Shown here: in pieces, positions 1-12,099 of the stretch
How the letters are laid out: each line of letters opens with the position of its first letter
Position numbering within the stretch: the stretch's first letter is position 1
Source: Macrostomum lignano
Lineage: Eukaryota
NCBI GenBank assembly: GCA_002269645.1
Contig: NIVC01000900.1
Span: forward strand, 208,690-272,689
Reading direction: 5' to 3'
DNA length: 64,000 nucleotides
Translations under genes and position numbers: made by a program
Notes under the pieces: model-generated
Seen by the model: only the letters and a program-made list of their open reading frames with translations
What the model was told of the DNA's origin: nothing
The model's database searches: none

Positions 1-2150
1 TAACAGACGCTCCATTGATTAAACAATGGGCTTGAATATAAATTATGTTTACTGCAGTTTCTTGCTGGAGTTGCTAAAAATTAAAAAAAAACTTTTTATT
101 TGAATAGAAAAAATTAACTAGGATAATTTTACAAATCTAAATGTCCAAGCAATTCCTAAACAAAAACCGCATGCTTAAGCAAATCAACTGACTGTTATTT
201 AAGTCTCCAGACTTTTATGGTGTATAGTACAGATTTATAACATCTCATATCTTAGGAAACATTTGTATATTCCATTAAATAAGTAATATATGTAATAATT
301 ATTTCAGACCTTCTTTAAATTTACACCAATCTATGACTCATGCTTGTAAAGAATATAGCTAGCTTGTTTTGGCTTGGTCTAACCACTCACTCTAGTATCT
401 ATACAAGAGACTTGATGGTAAAAGTATTGCCAATTTGTCACACCAACATTAGACTATACACATTCTACCATTGAAAAATTGTGATTTCTTAAAAAAATTT
501 GTTAGCAAGGAAGGAGACTAGGATATATAATAAGGAAAATAGAGTTCGTCACTCTCTGTACTTTACTCTGTTGAAATACTTTTCAAAAACCCATAGACCT
601 GCATTAGGAGTTCTAGAAAACTTGAAGATGCACCTGACACCTAGAAAATATTAGGTATGCCATCCCATACCAACCATACCATTTTAACCATCCCATACAC
701 AGATTCAATCTAATGCGATTATATGATTTATACATGGTTTTAAATATATTAATTTCTATGGTAATATTTGTAATTACAATATATTTTTGTTTTAAGTGGA
801 CCAAAAAGTTTTTAAACAAGTTTTGGTCTGAATAAGAGCAACCTTGACTACAACCTTTCCTCATTTCAAAGAAGCCAACTACTAGGAATGAGCTAATAAG
901 TAGTGTTTCAAGTAAATATCAAATATTGCATCTAACCTATAAATGTAGTTTTTTTTTTAAAATAAAGTTGAAAGAAATCATATAATATATGTGCAGGGCC
1001 CCTCCTGATTCTTTTACAAAATTGATAATTGTATAACTCATTTTGAATGTGTGCCAAATCTAGGAAAACACATTTGTTATAATACATGTATTTTTCATAA
1101 TATTTTATGCAAACTAATTTTTGTTTAAACTAGCAATAAATTTTAGTATAAATAGAAGCATTTTTGGTGGAGGAGAGACCAACCTCATGCATTGTGGTTG
1201 CTTAAAAAAGAAAGCCAGTATCAAATAGTAAGAGTTCCAAGTAAACATTATTGAAGATTGTTTTCCAAGTTATTCATTTGCAGAAGAGAAGTGAAGTAGA
1301 TGGAGGTATACACAGTATATACTACTAAGAAGCAGAAGTAGTGTAGAAGTAGAAGTAGTAGCTATCAAAATTTATAAAGACAGAAGTTAAGCCCTGTTAC
1401 AACTTTGGTCACCTCAGTAGGATTTTTAATAGAGAGAAGCTTTAGCCCATTACAACTTGGTGGCATTAATGGAATAGCTAAAAGAGGGAAGCAAACCCAC
1501 TATGACAACTTTGGTAACATTGTGGGATTATTCATAAAGACAGAAGGTTAGCCCTTTGACATATATTAGTAGTAGGGAAGATATATACTCTGCTGCCAGA
1601 ATTTTGTATAAAAGCCATAGGCCTAGTGTGTGAATATATGAGCCTATGTAAAAGAGGCCAAGATAGATTTTTTATAAATGATAACCAACTCAGTGAGTGA
1701 CATTAAATTAGTTTTACAAAACAACTCTGCCCCAATAATTTTTGCAGATTGAACTTCAAAAATAAGTGAATCTGCTTCCAAATACTAGGGTATTTAAACT
1801 TTTTTGATAGTAGAAATACATGGACCTATGCTTTCTTAAATATGCTTGATAATGTATGCATGTATAAAGAAAAAGCAATGTAATTAATTGATCACAGAAA
1901 TATGAGGGGTGTTTTATAAGTACTTGAACTTTTGTATGCTGCTCATAAACAACATAATCAATCATTACAAGTTAGATGTTGCTAGAAAGTGGCTTTTCCC
2001 TTTTACAATTTGCTACTAGAATCATTTGGTTCCATCATTTTTATCAAAATTTACAACTACATATGTAGCAAAAGGTCACCTATAGGCTTACTAGAAATTT
2101 GGAGAAGAGTAATTGCAACATTAAACTGGGAAAACAGAGATGTGTGGTGA

Positions 2151-2450
2151 TTAGCAGCAACTTTTTTTACTCGAATAGATGCACTTGGACCATCTGGTAA
2201 GCATGCTATTAATGGTGTCTATGTACAGCTGTTGAGAGATGATGTAGAGCAGAATTCCCCTAACTTCCTCATTGATCTGGTTCCTGTTTTCATACACTCA
2301 TTCTTTCAGGTGGCACTTCAATTCTGGGAACAAAACAAAGTCTGCAAGTGCCAGATCTGGAGAGTATGGAGGATGAGAGAACCCTGATCTTTAGCTTTCC
2401 AATTGCTTCAACGGTCCTTTGGGCCATGTGAGGTCTTGTGTTGTCCTTCT
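2151..2450 (-). mobile_element. Degenerate Tc1/mariner transposase, C-terminal catalytic fragment
   Basis: Manual minus-strand translation gives DNTRPHMAQRTVEAIGKLKIRVL, a frameshift, then HPPYSPDLALADFVLFPELKCHLKE*VYENRNQINEE...RWSKCI. These are the mariner DNARPH and YSPDLAPxD motifs, with one stop and one frameshift. Confidence 0.85.
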
Positions 2451-5110
2451 TTTGAGTTCATGTTCATGGTGATGCAGCAGCCAAGGTGGACAATGTGCTC
2501 TTCAAACAGTAAGAAAAAGCAATGAAATTGATAGACCTCCCCCTTTGCGCTGTCAGTATATGTAGTGCCAAGAATGCCATCCACTGTGCCATCTAGGAAC
2601 CCCCAATCAGCCATGACTGCTTAAATCTCACCTATAGCCACCTCAACATCACTTTAAGAAAAACCTCATCACTGAACAAGCCAATGCCATGCTCCTCACC
2701 TGCATCTATTTGGGGCATTATCTTTTCTTGAGCCTACTATAGTGTCATCAACCTGTCAGTCAATCTCTCATGCCTTCTCTATTGTCACCAATGCAATGAC
2801 CTGGAATAGTGGTTTTACTGCTTGGCCTTTGCTAGTGATATGCTCCATTTCCTTTGGAGGACACTCCATTGATGTCAGCAGCATTTTAGATAACCCCTTT
2901 AAGCTAGTTAGGCACTGCTTCGTAACAGTGTCTAGGTACAATCTACCTCATATATACATACATACAATGATAGCAGGCAATCCCTATTCTTAAAAAAATA
3001 TAGAACATGCCTAGATGCTAATATAAGTTAGCCTGTCCAATATTATTTGTGATCTTGAGTCAAGCCTTATGCCTCTACTACTACTACTACCATCACTATG
3101 ATTCAATCTGCAGCTATAACTACTAATAGCTGCATTCTACTATTGGCATTCAACTTATTGAACTTTGCATACAGAGGGGCCTAGTGTGCCCTCTTGGCAT
3201 ATAGCTTAGCATATAGAGTTTGCCAAGACAGCAAGTGGGACCAAAGTTCTGAGTCCCAATCAATGTATATAGTTAATATACATAAAAATGATTAAGTTTA
3301 AGTTTGGCAAATTACATGTACATAGTTAGATTAGCTAAATTTTAATCAAAATGAGTAGCTCCTTGCCCTTTCAAAAAGAATAGAAAACTAAAAAAATGTA
3401 TTTAACTTTTCTTAGAAGTTAAAAGTAAAACAAAAATGTTAAATTAAAATAAACTAGTTTTAACTGATCATTTTTTAATATTAAATTTTGTGAGCCCTAA
3501 ATATTGAATTCTTATTTTTAATTTTTGTTTTGGCATTTATTTGTATATGATAAAAGTTCATTCATTGGCATACATGGGTTATACCAAATTCATCAACAAC
3601 TAATTTGTCAATAGACCTAAAATTTAAGAAATTGAAGGAAATCAAATTTGTCAACAATTAAACCAAGCTGGGTGATTTTGTCAACAATAAAACAGATTAC
3701 TATAAAATTTATTCCTTAATGCAATAATTGTAAATTTCTATTTACAATCTACAGGTTATAACAGGTTGTATAAAAATATCAAATAAAAACCATTTGCCTT
3801 TGTTATCTTATATGTATCTTCTCAATAGGCTTGTGTTTTTTGATTTTCAGTGTGTAATAAATATATACTAGCTAGTCAATAGTAATGTTGTGCATGATAC
3901 TCAAAAAAGTATCAATGAAAACTGATCCTCCAATACCCATTCTGAAAAAAATATTGCTAATAACTAAAAGTCTGATATCCCAATTTGAGTTTTGTCAATA
4001 CCCTAATTCCAATACTTTATTCCAATACTAGTTTTTTTTCAAAAAGCAATGTCCAACAAGTATAAATATATAATTTAAGCTTATCAGACCTTTTCCTAAA
4101 TATATAGGAAAAAAGCAAGCTTAAAATTGTTTTAAATGAAGAAACCTTTAGTAAATCAAAAAATAAATCAAAAACAATCAGTTGGCATTATAGTCAATCA
4201 GATAACTACCTATTAGCCACTGTAGTCAGTCTTCTTTATGTCTATTAGTATTATTATTGTTTTAGTATAGTATAGTAGCTTTAGGTCTATAATTGCTATA
4301 CATGCACACTTAATTCCTTAGCCCTTAGTTGGGTATTGGATGTACTTAGTCAGCTAGCCAGATCAACTACTCTAACTGAGGTATAGACTTTAAAGCCTTA
4401 TCTCTGATTTGGCAATATCTTGCCATGCTGCTCTTTATACATACATATAAACCTATATGCAAATTGAGTCATTTTCTCTTTCCTTGGCCAATTCAACTTG
4501 GCCTTACCCAATATGTGCTTTTAATAGTGAATCTATTTATTTGTTGCTGACTAATTATTTATATCATTCACTAACTTGCTTATGTTATTATATCCTATTG
4601 GAAAAAATGTTGAAAACCTGCGGACAGATACTTTAGAAAAGAGTCAAATTATTTTACTGCGCTTTAGGATTGTAGATGTTCCATTTCATTGAAATAAAAG
4701 TTTGCTAACTTTCCAAAATTGAAATTGAAATTTTCCAAAACCAAAATTCAAAATAACAAAGTTTAGTATCACCAACACTCACTTATTACTTTCAATTTAC
4801 TGCTAATGCAAAATGAAATACATGTACTGGTATATGTAGCAGAAATTAGTTTATTTTTAGCAAATTTTTTAGACACTTCTAAAATTTTGACTTCTAATTT
4901 TTTTAGAAATTGAACTTTACTCTTTGCCGTTTACAGTTTTACAACTTTTTCCTATAGGGTTACTATAGTGTAGTGCTAGTATATTTACTATTGTAGAAAT
5001 TGTAAAATCAATCGGCAATTGGTGACTGACAATGAAAGTATTGTAGAACTTGTGGCATGATAATTGATAAATAATTAATATAATTTTAATGATAATTACT
5101 AATTACCAAC

Positions 5111-5299
5111 TATGAGCTCATACATGCACTTTGGGAATCACTTGGCTATTTCTATTGGCAACACACACATGTAAGTTGCTATTGGCTGAGACCAGTCATG
5201 TGACTACTTTTCCATCCAATAGCAACTTACATATGTGTGTTGCCAATAGAAATGGCCGAGTGAATCGCAAGGTTTTGCCCAAGCATGTATGAGCTTATA
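5111..5299. mobile_element. Small foldback/MITE-like inverted repeat
   Basis: tatgagctcatacatgc...gcatgtatgagcttata, with inner arms ctatttctattggcaacacacacatgtaagttgctattgg and ccaatagcaacttacatatgtgtgttgccaatagaaatgg. Confidence 0.7.
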
Positions 5300-5527
5300 A
5301 TTATACTATTTTAATCTAAAAACTGGTTTTAAAAAAGAAAATATCTATTTTTTACTTTTATTGACTAAAATGAAATATTTACATTACTTTCTATAAATTA
5401 TGTCATTATTTCCTTTGTTTTAAAGAAATTTTTATTGTTTGCATGTTTAAAATTTCAAAAGTATCAGACTGTTAGACTAAAAAGAACATTTGAGAATTGT
5501 ATTAGAAGTTACCAAAGTCCGATATTG

Positions 5528-5836
5528 CAATGTTGTAGCCAGGAATTTCAATTGGAAAGGGCAGGTCCAAGGTTGGCTTGGCTAGCCATGTCTAATGCCA
5601 TTGCCATTGCCACTTTGCACATATATCAGCATTATACAACATGCTATACCATAGTGATAGCCAATGGCCCAATCTCAATGTTATGTTCTATTTGCATAAT
5701 GGTTTTATAATGGTATTGCATAGCATTACATCATGGTTCCTATTTCTCTCTTTGCTTTGTTTTTGGTACTTGCCATGCCTAACCCTACTTCCCAAGTGAT
5801 TGGAGGGGGGGCAGCAGCCCCCTGGCTATGCCACTA
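5528..5836. mobile_element. hAT-type non-autonomous element (MITE) with 8-bp TSD
   Basis: Ends caatgttgtagccagg...cctggctatgccacta are decayed versions of a CAGTGGCGTAGCCAGG-type TIR. Flanks are cgatattg (5520-5527) and caatattg (5837-5844). Confidence 0.65.
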
Positions 5837-8520
5837 CAATATTGTCGAAAAAATTATTGGTTTCTAATATTTTAATATACAAAAGGTATCATTAATAGTA
5901 TTAAAGTATTGGAATTATACCCAGCATTGGTCAATAATATATTGTCAGGTAGGGGCCCAACTGAATTTGTCAATTTGGTAGCACTTAGATATATATATAC
6001 ATAGGGCCTATATGTATATTAGCATACATAAGCTAAAGAAGCAATTTATGTTTTAACATACACTAGTACACAATTGATAATCCTGACCCTAGTATTCTAC
6101 TTGGCCCAATTCTAAAAAGCCTAGAGAATCTAAAAGCCTAATTTGAATTTAAATTAAGATGACATAAGTTAAGCTTGCCTTTTGGCTTTTGCCTTAAATA
6201 ACACTAACAAAGAAAAGTGCCCTAGGTTTTTTTCATCCATAACTTTGCATTTTCAAGACCAGGATGCAGTCAAAAACTGGTCTAACATAATACTACTCAA
6301 TATCCATAATACTAAATTGTGAAATCCATATCACATCCTTGCAAAAAATTCTGGTGCACTTTTTGCACCCTGAGTCAAATTTCAGGGTGCGATTTTTAAG
6401 ACCAGGATGCTATTTGCACCCATTCGCACAAAAAACCCAGTAGAAAACCCAAGTTTAATCTAGAATATTGAAATTGAATTGCATATCATCCATAGTCAAG
6501 AAGGTGGCAAGTGCACGCGGGAATCAATTTATGAAAAAAAATCCTTGGTGCACGCCAATGTACGTCAATTTTTTAAAACCCTTAACATGATGTTTCTGTT
6601 GCACGCCAAAAATCTTGAATACCAAAAATCATGTACGCCGAAAATTGTGTACACCGTATTAGATATGTAATGTATCTCCATATCTATTTTAAAAGGAAAC
6701 ATATTTTGTACTTATTTCTCACTTATTATTTGTATTTCATATTTGTATTCTGTTTCTGCATTTACTGTACTTTTTAGTGTATATATATAATTTTGCATAA
6801 TTGTTTTATAATGTAGTTTGTTTTATTGCTCAATGTAACTAATATATAATAAATATTGCTTGTAAGAGTTCGCCGCGCTCTGATTTGGCATTTTCGACTG
6901 ATCGTGATAATTTAAGTGACAGTCCTCGGCATTCATTTCGTTACAGATACTATTTTTAAATAAATTTTCTACTTACGTTAAACAAAGTTTATATAAAAAA
7001 AGGAAATTCGCTACAAAGAACATAGTGAGTATCAAAAACTTTTTCTTCACATTTCAAGAAACAAATAAACTAAAAGTCTACAAGAGTCACAAAATAAGAG
7101 CGTTTAAAAGTTATTGGATATTTTAATTTTAATGTAGGCTGTAGAGTGTAGGCCTGGCTATAGGCTAGGCTGTAGCCTCAACTAGTTGGTTTAATCAATA
7201 TTCAAATTCAATTGTTCACGTTTAACTTTATATATTGTATATATATAGTGTATACATCTATATCTGACTTGTTGATATACTGTCAGTTTGTAATTGCACG
7301 CCAAGGTTACACGCTAAGTAAAAAACTTATACGCTGAAAATTTAGGCGTGGCTTGAGACCCCTATTTGCACGCCAACTTTGCACGCCAAAATTTTAGCGT
7401 GGCTTGTGCATGTGGGAAAATTCCCGCGTGCAGGCCACCTTCCTGAGTATGGCATATCATATATATGCCATACACCCATATGTAATATATACCAACATTG
7501 GAAAAGACTAAATAAAATAAGTAAATTGAATATCAAGTCTTAAAATTTAAACTATGACTGAAAGTATTAATAAATAATAATTAATAATTAATAAAAATAA
7601 ATATAATGAGAAAATATTTATAGACCATAATAATCCCATATGAAAGCTTAGATAAAGAAGGGGAGCCAAAAAGCAGGAATTAAAACTCAGCGGGCCTAGC
7701 TATTGGCATGGGCATGGCCATGAGCGGCGACAATTGTGTCGGCGTACGCATTTCCAGCCTGGCCTGGGCAGAGAAAATTACACAAAAGTAATATACACAT
7801 GATTGAGTGTATAGAAAAAAAGATAATAATATGTATAAAAGTAAGTGAATAAGAACAAGTAATAGTAGGGCCATGGCTTAAAATTTAATAGAATCGTTGA
7901 TCCGATAAGCTCAACTTAAAAATTTCACACTTGGTGACATGCTAATTAATTGGAATGCAATCAAAATGCGCGAGTTATGCATGATACACGTACTTTGTGG
8001 TCGGAACGTATCATCGATCCGGGACTCATTTAAAACAGTACGAAGAATTCTATGAAACAAACATTTTAGCTGTCAAAATATATCACGTAAAAATCATATT
8101 AATTTTATGCATGCAATGCAAAAAACGGTTTAGTAGTCTTTTCCAAATTTAGTGAATGTCAAATTAAATTATTAAAAGTAGTACAGACATTTCATCACAC
8201 ATGTTAACAAAAGTGGGTAGTGCAACGGAATGAAACAGTGAAAATTGTACATTGTAAATATATTTAGGATTGTTCTTATTAACACCTCATACCTTGAAAC
8301 AGAAAGAAGTTAGTCAAAAAGGCATATTTTACATAACTGACCTTCAAATCGGAAAACTCGTTTCATTGCTACATCCACAAGAAACTCCAAGCCTACAGTA
8401 GATCGACGTGTTTAACATGCATAGTCATATGCGTAATATAATTGTAAACTGGGGTCAAAAAATGTTTTAATTTTTAATTTTTAGAGAAGACCCTAAATCA
8501 ACATTTTAGTTTCTTAGACT

Positions 8521-8560
8521 TGCCAATGCATCTCGACCACAATCGGTCATCTTCAGGGCA
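8521..8560 (-). ncRNA. Minimal type I hammerhead ribozyme motif (core GAAA->GAGA variant) associated with a Penelope-like element
   Basis: Minus strand reads TGCC CTGAAGA TGACC GATTGT GGTC GAGA TGCA TT GGCA: stem I TGCC/GGCA, CUGANGA core, stem II GACC/GGTC, palindromic helix III ATGCAT. It lies about 95 nt downstream of a GIY-YIG ORF end. Confidence 0.6.
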
Positions 8561-8653
8561 GACATGCACGTCGATCAATTAATCACACAGAAACCATGTT
8601 AATATACTTTATTTAAGAAATGAAAACTGTTCAATGTCATGTACAAATCAGTT

Positions 8654-9045
8654 TTAGTCCAGTCCGGTTAACAACAGAAAGAAAAACCTGAATAAAGTTA
8701 ATGAGACTGCCAACCTAGCTAAAACACATTGAGTTAGCGGCTTGCACCCCCATGGCTCTAGCTGGATCATGTTCAAATTTGGTTTCTGAGCCTTAATGTA
8801 CATCGCCTCGAGAATGTTCAGTTTGTTTTCTTTGCTATAGGAATCGATAACTTTAAACATATCACAACAGTTCATATTGCAGCAGGAGTTGCACGTGAGA
8901 AGGTGCTCATTGATGGCAGAATTTCTAATCCAGTGTTCCTTAACCCTTGTGTTCCAGTGTCGCTTAGTTTTACCAATTTAGGTGATGTTCTGATCCACAG
9001 AACAATGAAATTTATAAACGACCTTGTAATCTGTTCTAGGAATGG
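8654..9045 (-). mobile_element. Penelope-like retroelement GIY-YIG endonuclease fragment
   Basis: YKVVYKFHCSVDQNIT*IGKTKRHWNTRVKEH...SAINEHLLTCNSC...FKVIDSYSKENKLNILEAMYIKAQKPNLN. An in-frame stop replaces the Y of YIG. Confidence 0.85.
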
Positions 9046-9787
9046 ATGAAGCCGTCAAAGTAATAATTAGCTGCACTGACATTTACATGTAACTCGCGAT
9101 TCTACTCATTTCGGAAGCTAACTGTTTTTGCACCTAAGATGTCGACATTGAATATACTGTATATCTTATATACAGTCTATAAGAAAGCGTTTATGTGCTT
9201 TTTATGGAGTTCTCAAACTCTACTAATGATAAACTGAGTTTAATATCTGATTAAAAAGATAATAACTTTCATTTGGTTGGATTATATTAACGATAGAAAA
9301 GTAGACAAAGCAACATTAATTGAATCGTAAAATCTCTCACAGCCCCCAATGATGAAGTAGAAGCGTCTTGCTGACTGTCGTGTACACTAAAAGAGTTGCG
9401 GGAGGGGGACAGTGTGCATGGCTATGGCCAATATTTAATTAACAGCTCCAGCAACTGGGATCTGGGAGGCTGGCCCAGCAACTGACATTCTGGGAGGCTG
9501 TCAAACATGAAGCCAGAAAACTGATCTCGTCCTGCGAGGTTTGAACCAATTTTTTACATGTAGTACGAGTATGCATGTAGTATGTCAAACGTTCTGCGTA
9601 TTAGCTATAAATGAATTATCACACCTGCAAACAGCCCGCATAACGGTAAACGAGTTAGCAAACAAGGCATCTGTCTGCAAATTTACCAAGACGCGATTCC
9701 ATTTCACGATATTTGACTTCAGTTTATATGCAATTGCAGCTTCATTTAATTAAAGCCAGCTCCCTATATAATAGCTGACGAAGTTTT

Positions 9788-11478
9788 TTATCGGTTCCAT
9801 TTTTTCCTGTCGCACCAACGGCCGAATCCCTGAAGCTGAAGGCGATTGAGTTGCCCTTGAACAATTGCAAAGCATTCTAACCATCCCTTGATGAAGTTGT
9901 AGTTGGCATTTGGTCTCACTCCGAATCGTAGGCATTGAAAATTTTCAGCACTGCAGGTGTTGAGATCAAGGTTGTGACTTCGCTTTTTCATTTGAGTCAC
10001 ATTTCCATGCGCGTACAAGTTGCATTCGGAACTTTGCAGCGCAAAGCCAAGGTTTATTTCAGCAGCCTCATTTAAAGGACTCAAAGAAAACGCACCAGGG
10101 CTGCTGACGTAGTTATAGTAGCCTTCTAAGTTGGGTGGATGGTAACGGAAAACAGCACGGGTGTCTCTGCGTACCAGCATAGCATTGCCAACACGTTGAG
10201 CAGTGAAACATTTTGTAAACAGATTGCACAGTGTTGCTGAAAAATGAAAATGAAAGAAAACATAAGGCTATAAGTTATGGTGATAGTAGAATTAAGGATT
10301 GACATATGCAGCTATTGAAACTTACTTCTTGTGTAAAAATAGTCTGGCTCGAATGAACAACGTCACGTTGGGCTCGGGCACAAACAGGTCCTCGATTCCG
10401 TCGGCCGTGCTCACACCGATGAAGGAGCCAGACTCTCCCGTCACGAACGCGCCCGCAGACCGGTTGAGCACAGCCGACACGAGCACCGGAGTGTGCGGAT
10501 TCCGGTGCACAGGCGCCAAATTGAACGAGCCCACACGGAAGTGGTACAGAATCCGCAGCGAGCTCACCGCGATGCTGCTGGGCAGGTCGGTCGTGTGAGC
10601 TGCAATTCGATAACGATGTAACGATGTGAGCACACCGGTGCCTGCATGGACTCGCCAGTGAATGAGCTGGGCACAGCTGCAGTCACGCACTGCATGGGCA
10701 CAGCTGCAGTCACTCACTGCATGGGCACAGCTGCAGTCACGCACTGCATGGGCACAGCTGCAGTCGCACACTGCATGGGCAGAGCTGCAGTCACGCACTG
10801 CATGGGCACAGCTGCAGTCACTCACTGCATGGGCACAGCTGCAGTCACACACTGCATGGGCACAGCTGCAGTCACACACTGCATGGGCACAGCTGCAGTC
10901 ACACACTGCATGGGCACAGCTGCAGTCACGCACTGCATAGGCACAGCTGCAGTCACGCACTGCATAGGCACAGCTGCAGTCACGCACTGCATGGGCACAG
11001 CTGCAGTCACACACTGCATGGGCACAGCTGCAGTCACACACTGCATGGGCACAGCTGCAATGCACACACTCATGCATGCTCAGGCCTGACAGAATGACTT
11101 CTCACCCTGCTCGAACTTTGCCAGCCTCCGCCTGTTCACAAACGAGTCGCACTGGCCGTGTCCGTGCAGCCATGCAGTGAGGAAGGCCTCGGCAGTCGCC
11201 AGCAGACACCAGCGATGCTCAGCGACCATGCTGGCAGCTGCAGAGCTCTCTGTCGTGTGGCAGCTCAGCACGCAGACAGCGATGCTGCGGTCAGGCAGTT
11301 GATGAGGCTCCAGCTTCCACACTCCATCAGTGGGCAGGTCGTCAGGCGGACAGGCGACCAGTCTGTCGTAGTCGGTGAGCCCCACGATGGACGCTGACGA
11401 GACGGCGATGAGGCAGCAGAGGAGCACGAGAGTAAAAACTGTTTTGCGGCTTCTATAGATATCAGTTGGTTTCAGCAT
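9788..11478 (-). CDS. Secreted PAN/apple + LamG/ConA-like protein, paralog A (apparent +1 frameshift at start of exon 3)
   Basis: Exons 11478-11106, 10599-10326 and 10236-9788, with GT-AG introns of phase 1 and 2. Hydrophobic leader, CVLSCHTTES...WCLL PAN-like pattern, C-terminal CLRFG...FIKGWLECFAIVQGQL. Exon 3 is 1 nt out of frame versus paralogs B and C. Confidence 0.7.
10668..11059. repeat. 27-bp minisatellite (gcagctgtgcccatgcagtgYgtgact), about 14-15 units, in intron 1 of paralog A
   Basis: Direct tandem units read from the sequence. They explain the AAVTHCMGT, CDCSCAHAV and WAQLQSHTA repeat ORFs. Confidence 0.95.
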
Positions 11479-12099
11479 GTTAGATTTTTACCTGAAACTG
11501 ACTTGTCGCCTGAAACCAGCGCTGAAAAACAACTTTAATATCAGCTACTTGTAGGTTGCGACAGATTTTATATATGCCAAATCTTTAAGACTCTGATAGG
11601 CTCTATTCCTTCTCGACTAGTCGTGTAAGCCACTGTGTAATGGACTTCATCAAACCTTCCTTGCCACCAATTGGAGAATAGAAATGCAAGTCAGTTGTTC
11701 GTCTTAAAGTGCATTTAGAAGAATTTAGTTGCATAGATCGGCTTAGTTATCAACTTGACTGATAACTTGATGTGGGAACCTTGATGTGCAAAAGGGACAA
11801 AGCCTAATTTTATTTGTCTATGGTCGCAAAGTCAGCGTTCGTGGCTGGCTGATTTTCCTCAAGAGTTCAACCATAGACAGCTTGACAGGCAAGCTACAAT
11901 TGTGTCTCGCGCAGAAACTTTGTTTTAGTATAGAGACCTATTTTCCCATAGAAATCTAACACACTCCATGATGTTGGCCATAGACAATAGGTTAGCCGGA
12001 AATTTCTGTTGCAGAATCAAGCCTTAAGCGAAACTGACTGACAAATTTGCTAACGGACTAACTTGTTTCTTCGCATCATACCAAGTCAGCAAGTAAAAA

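Noticed and set aside
10646-11089. Cys/His-rich metallothionein-like repeat ORFs (CDCSCAHAV, AAVTHCMGT)
   Set aside because: The repeats fall between a GTGAG donor and a TTGCAG acceptor that join flanking exons in frame in three paralogs.
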